A stretch of 64,000 bases of DNA from Candidatus Babeliales bacterium (GTDB lineage: Bacteria > Babelota > Babeliae > Babelales > Vermiphilaceae): the NCBI GenBank assembly GCA_963743635.1, contig CAVUQO010000003.1, positions 640,001 to 704,000 of the forward strand, written 5' to 3'. Below the pieces are notes generated by a model that was not told the origin of the DNA, did no database searches, and saw only the letters and a program-made list of their open reading frames with translations. The first letter of the stretch is position 1, and each line of letters opens with the position of its first letter. Of the stretch, positions 40,259-49,961 are shown in pieces. The position numbers and the translations under genes were made by a program.

Positions 40259-41314
40259 ATGATAGCTCTAGATGCCATGGGTGGCGATTATGCTCCCGAC
40301 GTTACGGTACACGGAGCTATCAATGCAGCCAAAAAAGGAATAAAAATCGGTTTGTATGGAGATCAACGGCAAATGATTGCCGTACTTGATAGCATCGAAC
40401 CATCCTGGCAAAATCTGCCAATAACCATCATTCACTGTTCAGAAGTAATCGGAATGGGTGAAGAACCGACTCGTAGCGTGCTACGCAAGAAAGATTCTTC
40501 CCTTGTGCGTGCCATGGAAGCAACGGTCCGTGGAGAGGCATCTGCGGTAGTTTCCGCGGGTAATTCAGGCGCTGCGCTCGTAGCGGGCACCCTTATTTTA
40601 GGGCGCGCAGCAGGAATCGTTCGCCCTGCCATTGGCAACTTCTTGCCCGATACTAAAAATGGCACCTCTCTCTTTTGTATGGATCTTGGCGCAAACATTG
40701 ATTGTAAGCCCGAGCATCTTGAACAGTTTGCCTACATGGGGCATGCATATGTCAAAAAAGTAAAAGGTATCGCAGAGCCACGCATAGCACTCCTTTCTAA
40801 TGGAGCCGAAGCGTATAAAGGTCCTGCGCTTATTAAAAAAACCTATGATCTTCTTATGACTTCAGGCTTACGCTTTGTGGGTAATCTTGAATCGCGAGAC
40901 GTCTTTGACGGTCGCGCAGATGTTCTTATCTGCGATGGATTTTCAGGTAATATTCTCATCAAAACAATGCAGGGAACTGCACATGCAATTGGTCAATGGC
41001 TCAAGCAGGAACAAGCGCGTTCGATTATTCATCGTATGTTCTTTGCGCTTGGTGCCGGACTTTTCTCCCGCATTTATCATAAAATGAGCTATGCTCAACG
41101 CAAAGGCGGCTCGCTCCTGCTTGGTCTTAAGTATCCTCTTATTGTTGCTCATGGATGTTCTCGGGCGCAGGCAATTGAGAGTGCGATACATCTTGCTCAC
41201 ACTACCGTTCTTGAAAACTTTATTCCTTCGTTCAATGAAGAAGTTGCGCGCATTATGCTTGAAAAACGCATAATTCCTACTAATACTATAAAATCGATAC
41301 AGCATTTGCAGTAA
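40259..41314 (+). CDS. plsX: phosphate acyltransferase PlsX
   Basis: IALDAMGGDYAP, VSAGNSGA, DLGANID, CDGFSGNILIK; follows rpmF. Confidence 0.96.
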   Translation: MIALDAMGGDYAPDVTVHGAINAAKKGIKIGLYGDQRQMIAVLDSIEPSWQNLPITIIHCSEVIGMGEEPTRSVLRKKDSSLVRAMEATVRGEASAVVSAGNSGAALVAGTLILGRAAGIVRPAIGNFLPDTKNGTSLFCMDLGANIDCKPEHLEQFAYMGHAYVKKVKGIAEPRIALLSNGAEAYKGPALIKKTYDLLMTSGLRFVGNLESRDVFDGRADVLICDGFSGNILIKTMQGTAHAIGQWLKQEQARSIIHRMFFALGAGLFSRIYHKMSYAQRKGGSLLLGLKYPLIVAHGCSRAQAIESAIHLAHTTVLENFIPSFNEEVARIMLEKRIIPTNTIKSIQHLQ

Positions 41315-41352
41315 AGTAAGTGCGATGTTGGTTGTTATAAAAAGGAGGGTTT

Positions 41353-41916
41353 ATGATCAAGTATGCGTCGGCTCTGGCGGTATTATTGCTGCCCGCAGTT
41401 CTTTACGGCATGGATATTAAGAAGTTTCATCGTGCGGTAGCATCAAACAAGATCAAGTATGTTTCAAAAATTTTAACCACCTATAGAGACGCAGGGAATG
41501 CTCAGGGTGAATATGATGAGACAGCCTTGCATATTGCTGCATTATCCTCCACCGCAGACATGATTACACTCTTGCTCAAAGAGGGTGGTGCTTGCATCGA
41601 GGCAAAAAATAAAGCAGCAGAAACCCCTCTTTTTAAAGCAGTTTATGCCGGCAATTGCCATACGCTTAGAGCATTACTTGCGCAGGGAGCTGAGGTTAAT
41701 ATTGTAAATCATGTGGAGAGCGGAGGCGTTTATGAACATACTCCTTTGCATATTGCGGTTTTCTTGGGCCATGTGAATATTGTAAAAATTCTTTTGCAAG
41801 CCGGTGCTGATCCCGCCGCATGTGGCAATATGAACGCAACACCGTTAGACTATGCTCTTGAGCATCACCCAAAGAATAATGTATTGATAGATACGCTGCA
41901 AAATTTTAAACAGTGA
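41353..41916 (+). CDS. secreted ankyrin-repeat protein
   Basis: Signal peptide ending LYG-MD; TALHIAA, TPLFKAV, TPLHIAV, TPLDYA. Confidence 0.92.
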   Translation: MIKYASALAVLLLPAVLYGMDIKKFHRAVASNKIKYVSKILTTYRDAGNAQGEYDETALHIAALSSTADMITLLLKEGGACIEAKNKAAETPLFKAVYAGNCHTLRALLAQGAEVNIVNHVESGGVYEHTPLHIAVFLGHVNIVKILLQAGADPAACGNMNATPLDYALEHHPKNNVLIDTLQNFKQ

Positions 41917-42016
41917 TTATTTTATGCAGGTCGCTTAATGCATTGATAAAGAGCTGTATAAGCTTTATTATTAAGCATGTCTACTCGCATTATTATAGGT
42001 ATGGACTCAGATTTTT

Positions 42017-42613
42017 ATGAAAACATTATCCTTTTATTTTTCGTTACTGCTTTCGCTCCCTCTCCATTGCGTGTATGAGACAAAGTCGATCAAAGAACTT
42101 TATCGGGCGGTGTTAAAAAATAAATTGTCGGTGGTGAGGGGCAAGATTGATAAATATCCATCATTGGGGATTGCGCCTTGGCGCAGTCGTAATAATAATA
42201 CTGCCCTGCATGTAGCTGCACAGTATTCCGATAGTATGATGATGAAAGCTCTGATGCCAAATCTGTGCATTGATAAGGAAGTGAGAAATGATTGGGGAGA
42301 TACGCCATTAATTATTGCTGCCTATTACAACAACACTGAAGCAGTGACTGTCTTGCTTGCAGAGGGTGCTCGGATAGATGCGGCTGATAATGATGGGTGT
42401 ACGCCGCTTTATATAGCGGTCAGTGAAGGGTTTCTGGACGTAGCGCGAATACTGCTCGATGCGGGGGCTAATCCTAACGCGGAAGATGGGGAAGGGCGTG
42501 ATATATTATTGGCTGCAAGCATCGGCTGTGGTGGCCAGGCAATGGTAGAGCTGGTAAAAGCCTATATCTCCGAATCTGACAAGGAAGTAAGTATGTCGAG
42601 CCTGATAGAATAA
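42017..42613 (+). CDS. secreted ankyrin-repeat protein
   Basis: Signal-like N-terminus; TALHVAA, GDTPLIIAA, GCTPLYIAV...LLDAGANPN. Confidence 0.92.
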   Translation: MKTLSFYFSLLLSLPLHCVYETKSIKELYRAVLKNKLSVVRGKIDKYPSLGIAPWRSRNNNTALHVAAQYSDSMMMKALMPNLCIDKEVRNDWGDTPLIIAAYYNNTEAVTVLLAEGARIDAADNDGCTPLYIAVSEGFLDVARILLDAGANPNAEDGEGRDILLAASIGCGGQAMVELVKAYISESDKEVSMSSLIE

Positions 42614-42720
42614 AAAGCCGATGTCTTTAGCCTTTATCTTTTTAAGTATTTGTGCTACTTTTTCCCTAAGATCAATCGATTAATTGGATCACATACTTAT
42701 CACTAGCCTGGAGAATAATC

Positions 42721-43416
42721 ATGGCACTTAATGCATTGAAAAAAATTGATAACGCATTGTTAAGTTTTTTTGAAATTAACGCAACCTCAAAGGCACGGCA
42801 ATATATTCGCGTATTGAGTTATGGTGGTATCTTAGCCATTCTCTTGGCTCTTTTTTATTGGGTATATAGTACCTACTCAACTGGCCGTGAACAAAATGCT
42901 CAACGTGCTTTGGCATCATGCATCGAACTCTATGAACAAGCAGCAGAATCTCAGGCTCAATGGCCTTCCGTTGTAGCAGCATGCGAAGTTGGCTATCAAG
43001 AATATCGACGATCTTCGTTAGCTCCTTACTTTTTATCCTATCAAGCGGAGGCACTCATCAAACAAAGTAAAACAGATGATGCTATTAAGGTTATGACCTT
43101 GATGGTTGGTTCCATGTTCAAAACTTATCCTTTGTATTATATCTACTCAACCAAACTTGCATTGTTGCAAATGGATAGTACAGAAAGCGCGGTGCACGCT
43201 GCAGGGCTTAAACGGCTTGAGGAATTAGCAGCTGATAACAAAAATGAGCAGCGCGACGAAGCACTTTACTATGTAGGTCTCTATAACTGGCAACATAATG
43301 ATATGGCCAAAGCAAAAGAGGCGTGGAAACAATTGGCAAATCTTCCTTCCAAAAATCAAGATCAAGCTTCACCATGGATGCAGCTCGTTGCAGAACGTCT
43401 TCAGTTCTTAGTCTAA
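42721..43416 (+). CDS. membrane-anchored TPR-like protein (YfgM-like)
   Basis: Single TM helix followed by helical repeats (DEALYYVGLYNWQHNDMAKAKEAWKQL). Confidence 0.6.
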   Translation: MALNALKKIDNALLSFFEINATSKARQYIRVLSYGGILAILLALFYWVYSTYSTGREQNAQRALASCIELYEQAAESQAQWPSVVAACEVGYQEYRRSSLAPYFLSYQAEALIKQSKTDDAIKVMTLMVGSMFKTYPLYYIYSTKLALLQMDSTESAVHAAGLKRLEELAADNKNEQRDEALYYVGLYNWQHNDMAKAKEAWKQLANLPSKNQDQASPWMQLVAERLQFLV

Positions 43417-43436
43417 TAATTTTTAGGTAGTACTTC

Positions 43437-44864
43437 ATGAGTATGAAATCAATTCGGGTGCGTTTTGCACCATCACCCACCGGTCATTTGCATATTGGTG
43501 GTTTGCGCGCAGCGCTTTTTAACTGGCTCTATGCACGCCACAATGGCGGCAAGTTTCTGATCAGAATAGAAGACACTGATCTTGAGCGTTCCAAACCCGA
43601 ATATACTGAATCCATTCTTGCATCATTCGCATGGTGCGACATTCAATCAGATGAGCCAATCGTTATTCAATCGCAGCGTATCGCTGAACACGTTGATATC
43701 ATTGAACAATTAATAAAAAATAAAAAAGCATATTACTGTTATTGTACGCAGGCTGAAGTTACTACACGCCATGGCGTTGAACCTGAAGATCCTTACACCG
43801 CGGTAAAGTATGATGGCAGATGCCGCAATCGCATTCCTACTCCAGATGATGAAAAAAAGCCCTATGCAGTTCGTTTTGCATTGCCGCAGGACCGCACTAC
43901 CATTTCGTTTCATGATTTGATTCGCGGTACTGTTACGTTTGATATGGATCAGTTTGACGATTTTATTATTGCACGCAGTGATGGTACGCCAATGTATAAT
44001 TTCGTGGTGGTTGTTGATGACCATCATATGGAAATTTCACACGTTATTCGTGGTGAAGATCACATTTCAAACACACCAAAACAAATCTTTCTTTATGAGG
44101 CATGCGGTTTTCCCGTGCCACAATTTGCCCATTTGCCGCTTATTCTCGGGCCAGAAGGCAACCGATTAAGTAAGCGTGATGCGGCAACCTCTGTGCTTGA
44201 ATATAGACTCAATGGGTATCTACCAGATGCATTGCTGAACTATTTGGTTCGTCTTGGTTGGGCGCATGGCGATCAGGAAGTTTTCACGCGTGAGGAATTA
44301 ATTTCTTTCTTTACGCTTGAGGCAGTGGGTAAAAAAGGTTCTATTTTTGATCAAGCAAAACTTGATTGGATGAATAGTGTTTATATTCGCGCTAGAACTC
44401 CACAATCACTTCTTTCTTATATCCATGATCATATGGATCCTGCATTTTCTTCTACCTGCCCAAACTGGGATGAGGAAAAGCTCTGTGCTGCGATCGCAGC
44501 ATATCAAGATCGCGTTGCAACCGTACGCGAATTGATCCAGGAAGTGCGTTTGCTGTATGCCGGGCCATTTGAATACAGTGATGAAGATTGTGCCGCATGG
44601 TGTTCAACTACTGAGCAAAAAAGAAGCATTGAGGCATTGCGCGTTGCGTGCGAAGGCATGAGCGAATGGTCAAAAGATGCGGTGTCTCATGAGTTGAAAG
44701 CGCTCGCTAAGCAGCATGATCTTAAATTGGTTGCACTTGCCCAGCCACTCCGGTTAGCATTAATTGGTAAAACAGCAGGGCCTGGAGTTTTTGATATGGC
44801 AGCCTTGGTTGGCCAACAAGAAACAGTACAACGACTTGCACGGCTTTGCTCATATAAATCATAA
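43437..44864 (+). CDS. gltX: glutamate--tRNA ligase
   Basis: RVRFAPSPTGHLHIGG, LIRIEDTD, HVIRGEDH, RLSKR. Confidence 0.97.
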   Translation: MSMKSIRVRFAPSPTGHLHIGGLRAALFNWLYARHNGGKFLIRIEDTDLERSKPEYTESILASFAWCDIQSDEPIVIQSQRIAEHVDIIEQLIKNKKAYYCYCTQAEVTTRHGVEPEDPYTAVKYDGRCRNRIPTPDDEKKPYAVRFALPQDRTTISFHDLIRGTVTFDMDQFDDFIIARSDGTPMYNFVVVVDDHHMEISHVIRGEDHISNTPKQIFLYEACGFPVPQFAHLPLILGPEGNRLSKRDAATSVLEYRLNGYLPDALLNYLVRLGWAHGDQEVFTREELISFFTLEAVGKKGSIFDQAKLDWMNSVYIRARTPQSLLSYIHDHMDPAFSSTCPNWDEEKLCAAIAAYQDRVATVRELIQEVRLLYAGPFEYSDEDCAAWCSTTEQKRSIEALRVACEGMSEWSKDAVSHELKALAKQHDLKLVALAQPLRLALIGKTAGPGVFDMAALVGQQETVQRLARLCSYKS

Positions 44865-44882
44865 TTACCTAATTGGGGAACA

Positions 44883-45861
44883 TATGAAAATTGGCATGCT
44901 TTTTCCGGGATACGGAAGTCAGTTCGTAGGTATGGGGAAGGAATTATATGATGATTCGCGCATTATGCAGGAATATTTTGAAGAAGCCGCAAATTGTTTA
45001 CCAATCAATTTCGTAAAATTATGCTTTGCTTCATCAGAAACTGAAATTGGGCATATGAGTCATGCATATCCCGCTTTGTTTTTGGTGAGCACGTTCTATT
45101 TATTCGATTCTTAAAGAAGAAGGAATCACTCCCGATTTTGTTGCAGGCTATGATACGGGCGTGTATGCCGCATTATTTGCAGGAGGCGGATTGAGCTTGC
45201 CTGATGGTCTTTACTTGCTGAATAAATATGCCCTATTGTATCAAGAAATGCTTGATGCGAGTGCTGTCCGATTTACGGGACTTCGCTTAATTGGATGTAA
45301 TACCGAAGATATTGAAATACTCGTTCGCGAGGCAACGACGCGCAGTAAATATGCACGTATTGGCATTTATGAATCACCACAACAAAATATTGTAACTGGT
45401 CATGAAGAAGCAGTGGGTGAGATTAGCGAATGCATTTTGGCTGGCAGAGAATGTAAAAGTTATGATGTGGGTATTGAGCGTGGATTGCATTCATCATTTA
45501 TGGATCCGGTTGCAGATGCAATTAAAGCCATATTTTGAAAAAGTTGATTTCAAAGATTTATCGATTCCGCTCTACACGAGCAATGATGTGGTGCCGATCA
45601 GTCAGGCGCAGGATCTTAAGGATCATATATTGCGCTATATGAGCGCGCCCGTATTATTAGTGCGCATTATTGAGCATATGGTTGAAACGGTTGACGTCAT
45701 CGTAGAGGTTGGACCCGGATCGGTGTTATCAACGCTAGTTAAAGAACGTTATCCTGATAAACCATGTATTGCGATAAATACATGATGAAGATATTGCAAC
45801 ACTTAAAGAAATGATATCACAAAACGAATCTACTCTAAACGACGAAACGGAGAACCGCTAA
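44883..45861 (+). CDS. fabD: FabD-like (malonyl-CoA:ACP transacylase fold) protein, apparent frameshifts, active site degenerate
   Basis: LFPGYGSQFVGMGKEL, PDFVAGYDTGVYAAL, LHSSFM, VEVGPGSVL across ORFs 44764, 45161 and 45402; 3' end approximate. Confidence 0.8.
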
Positions 45862-45862
45862 T

Positions 45863-46115
45863 ATGGCTTCATTTGATAGAAATGATACCTTACAAAAAAT
45901 TGTTAATCTCATGGTAACAGAACTCAAAATTGATCCAGCATGATGTGAAAGTTAATGTTTCATTCCAAGATCTCGGCGTTGATTCACTTGATATGGTGCA
46001 AATCATTATGAAGTGTGAAGAGCAGTTTGGTATTGAAATTCCTGATGAAATGGCTGAAAAATTTCACACCATTAATGATGTAGTTGAGTACATCAATGAA
46101 CGACGCACTAAGTAA
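45863..46115 (+). CDS. acpP: acyl carrier protein, one apparent frameshift near 45940
   Basis: ATG 45863 MASFDRNDTLQKI...; DLGVDSLDMVQIIMKCEEQFGIEIPDE with the phosphopantetheine Ser. Confidence 0.92.
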
Positions 46116-46337
46116 CCCTGCGTGACGGCCTGACGGCACTCCTCAGGATGAGCGGATAAAATTTTTTATGATATTTTCTGCTGAATATGTTTATATTCAT
46201 TTCATTCTGAGTAGCGCGCACCTGCGTAGGTCGATGTAAAAAATAAAAAAGGCATTCGCATAAAGCGCATGCCTTTTTTTATAATATATTATTTCATTTC
46301 ATCCTGAGGAGTGCCGTCAGGCCGTCACGAAGGGCTA
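46113..46337. repeat. inverted doublet of REP-like family A enclosing a bidirectional terminator
   Basis: 39-bp arms 46113-46151 and 46299-46337 (2 mismatches); hairpin AAAAAAGGCAT...ATGCCTTTTTTT at ~46245-46280. Confidence 0.9.
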
Positions 46338-47911
46338 GTAAGCAAATCCGCCTTTTGCCCAGACTGCCCATAAAGAACGTGTATTTTTAAGCGGCGGTAA
46401 ATCAGAAGGACGGATGCCTTCAAATTCCACCTCTCCCCCAACACCAAAATATGGCTGCACATTATGCATAGGATCCCATGCATAATTGAGATGCGTGAAT
46501 ATTTTGTGCGTCATTTGGCTTGATGTTGCTGCAGACTGCGGATCAATCTCATTACAGGTCACAAACACGGGAGAATTTTGATCGGCAACAAACATTTGCG
46601 CTTCGAATGGATTTCCATGCAGCGTTGCGGTGCTTTGTGTAACTGAGCTCCAGCTGACTGGCATTCCTGCTTCAACGTTTTGAATGCCTTTGAGTCCAAT
46701 GTGAAGCCAGTTGGCAGGAACAATCATCCAATGATATGAGTTCTCTACTTTTGATCCATCCGTTATAACCGATATCAAATCCAAGATGTCGATGTTGATA
46801 GGCAAACATGAACACAATATCAAATTGTAGATTTGCATTCACATTACAATCAAGAGTGGTGGCATTAATAGTTGGTATTGTGGTGCCGTTATAGTTGCCA
46901 TTTTATCAAATCTTTTTGAAAGAATGTAGCGGCTTCCAAAAGAGGCAAGCGTGTTAAAGCATGGATTGCTATCAAAAAGATCAAATGAGCGTCGTTGAGT
47001 GTCGTTGAAGAAATAGGTTCCATTCATATCAACCTATAAGTTTATGCGTTCATCATCATCTCGTTCCCAAATTAAGGTGTGACTCGTAAAGCAAAGCCCG
47101 AGTTCCCAGAAATGGCCGTTACCAAAATGGGAGTGAAGAAATATTCAGGATTTGGTTTGTTGCCGGTTGGTACTGCGGTACGCAAATGAAATCCAACGTG
47201 ACTTTTTTCATGATTTACAATCAGACCGCCGAGCATAAGAATAAGATCGGAGGCGCCGGTTTGATGTCGTGGGCCATTGATAATGCCGATATTTGAGTGC
47301 TTGCACTTGACCATAACTTACGCCCGCGATTGCTTGATTAAAACTATTTGCGGGTGGTTGGACTGCGTCTACATCCATGTAGAGTGGTGGGAATGGTACG
47401 TTGCCCCCATCGCAAATGACTGTTTCATCAAGACATACTTTCCACGTTGTTGAACCAACGGGCAGAATGGCGCGGAAATAAAAATTGTGATAATCCAACG
47501 AACCAGTCAAAGGTGGCGAGTGTATATGAAATGCTAGGGCGTGGTGCGACTACGCTTTCAAATTTTGGTGAAAGCCCAAAATAATCGGCGAGCATATCAT
47601 TTTGACCACGATCTTCAACCAGACTGCCAGACACGGTAAACGCATCATAACCAAAGAAATATTGCGCTATGCGATTGCGTATTGTAGGTTTTTGCATATT
47701 CGGGTGTGATTGAGAAGTTCGTATAAAAACCTTTACGATCATGACGATATAAAAATTGGCGTGATCCAACAAGATCGCGCGCAGCATTGCATGATGATGA
47801 GCGAGGAACCATAATGGTTTTGCCATATAAGGTGAAATCATCGGTGTGCGTAGTATGCGCATAGAGTATGCCAACAATGATACTGGTAACGCGGATGGTG
47901 GTGAATTTCAT
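46335..47911 (-). CDS. beta-barrel-like surface protein paralog 1, frameshifted
   Basis: PRSSSCNAAR, DMLADYFGLSP, VPTG, RRSFDL, GSRY, PYFGVGGEVEF, WAVWAKGGFAY shared with the intact paralogs. Confidence 0.75.
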
Positions 47912-47934
47912 AAGCTACTCCTTTATTATCCCTC

Positions 47935-47985
47935 ACCCATTCGCTATTTTTCTCTCCCAGATCGAAAAATCCTCAGGGTGAATGG
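47935..47985 (+). repeat. single REP-like family A copy
   Basis: ACCCATTCGCTATTTTTCTCTCCCAGATCGAAAAATCCTCAGGGTGAATGG, closest to the arm at 2348. Confidence 0.75.
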
Positions 47986-48056
47986 GGTTAGTATCAGTTG
48001 CATGGAGCATACTACAGCTTTGCATGTATTAGCTAGAGTGTGCGTTCGATTGAGTA

Positions 48057-49883
48057 TTATTCAAAGGAGAATCCGCCTTTTACCCAAACGCCCCATTGGC
48101 TGATTGATGATTCAAGACAATCATCAAGGATGCATGATGAAAGACAGTCTTTTTTATTGTCTGATATGGAAGTGCATTTTCCGATTTCATATTCACCGCC
48201 AATGCCTAAAAAGAAGGTATAAGTATCATTGTAGTGCCAGTTGTAACTTACATGCGTGAATAACTTATCTGATAATCCTTGTGTGCTACTCAGATCGATA
48301 CTATCAAGGCTTAAAAAGGAGAGGGTTCCTGAAGTATATATTTGTTTGTTATTAATTGCATTTGCTGGAAGAGCCTCACCGCCATCGAATGATGCTTCTG
48401 CTAATATCCGATTATCGACTCCCGCAGTTTTGGAATGAACTGAACACCATCAACGCCGATCGGATAATTATTGGTCCCCGATCGAATTGTTGCTTTGCGT
48501 TCTATTGCTGCAAGTCGAACGGTAGCTTCCGGTTCTGGATGGATCTTTCAACGAAGCCAAAAACATATGCATCTCCTTTGAGCGCCCAAGAATTGCCATC
48601 AAGCCCGGGTGGTTGGCAGCGATCTTTCAAGCGTACATTTTCACATCCTCTAAACCAGTAAGTTATATCCAAAATCCCACGTAAAATTACGGGCGTAGCA
48701 TGATACGGCAAATACAGCATCCGCTTGAAAGTTTGATCCTGCAAATACATTGGCGCGTGGTAATATTTGCGATGGGAGAGAGTTCGTTTTGAAATTCAAA
48801 ATCTGACATTGGAATTCCCGGTTAATTGCGGTTGTTCGCGTGGTTACTGGCGAGACGTTGCGCGAGCATGTACTGACTATTTGGTTTATCAAATAAATCA
48901 AAACAGCGTATTTGCGATGTTTTGAACATGTAGGTGAGGTTTGCAAGTGCATGACCAGTCAGTTTTTTAGTTTGCAGATTCATTTTCCCAAAGCAAGACA
49001 TAAATGTTACCATTCGCGCCCAGTTCCCAATGGTGTCCATTGCCTACAATTGGTTGAAATACATATTCGCCATTAACGTGCGTGCCCGTTGGTATTACGA
49101 CACGCAATGCGATTCCCGCATGATACTCATCATCGCTTACTACATAACTTCCGATATTAATTTGAAGGTCTGCAATATGATGTGCCGTGATGCGGCGCGC
49201 AGTCATTGCTGATTTTGCCGCAGTCAAGTGGATTAAAGACTACCGATTGACCAAGATCTGGTGCGAATCCAGCAAAAAAAGTGCTTGCGTTGTTAAGCAA
49301 ATTGCTGCGATCAACTGCTGCCGGGGTCATATAGAGTGCGGTATAGTTATTAACCCCTGGATTGATGACCGTTTCATCAAAATTCAAGTTCCATTTTGTA
49401 TAGACATATGGTGCATGCACTTGCACGAAAACGATTATGACATTTCCATTTAAATGCTAAAAAAAGATCAAGATCAAGAATGAAGTTTTTTATTTTAGGA
49501 TCAACTGAAATGATACTCTGAAAATCAGTTGGTAATCCGAAATAATCGGCGAGCCAATCATGAGTATTACGTTGCGGGACTTGACTTCCTGAAATTCTAA
49601 TAAATTCCTCACAACTATTTTCAGGATGTTGTAAATCGGGCCCAAAGAGAAGTGATCCGATTGCGTCGCCATTGGTTGATTGCGTGTAGCTTGGTGCAAC
49701 AAAAAAACTGCCATGCCATTCTTCGACGCCATGTTTATACGTGTGTTGGTGCCATCCGGCGAATTCTCGAGCGAGATTGATTCCTTGGGAGCGAAAACCA
49801 AAATAAGGGCTGGTAATATTGGCGGCATGGGCACATGTGCCAGTGGTTAATATTATTGCCATCATTATATGATTGTGCTTCAT
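48057..49883 (-). CDS. beta-barrel-like surface protein paralog 2, frameshifted
   Basis: FRSQGINLAR, DWLADYFGLPTDF, QPIVGNGHHWELG, WALKGDAYVFGF; ends SQWGVWVKGGFSFE* at 48057. Confidence 0.78.
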
Positions 49884-49961
49884 CGTCCTTCCTCCTTGGC
49901 GGCGCCTATGCAAATCTCTCCTTGAGCATTCTACTATAGGTGACTATGCAACTACAAGACA

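Noticed and set aside
1..49500. Apparent pseudogenisation of mnmA, grpE, gyrA, fabD, acpP and several surface genes
   Set aside because: Indels cluster in blocks (~0.1-8.8 kb, 36.2-38.1 kb, 45.1-49.5 kb), hit essential genes whose motifs are otherwise intact, and spare long neighbours such as lepA and gltX. Low-coverage assembly error is more likely than gene decay or programmed frameshifting.
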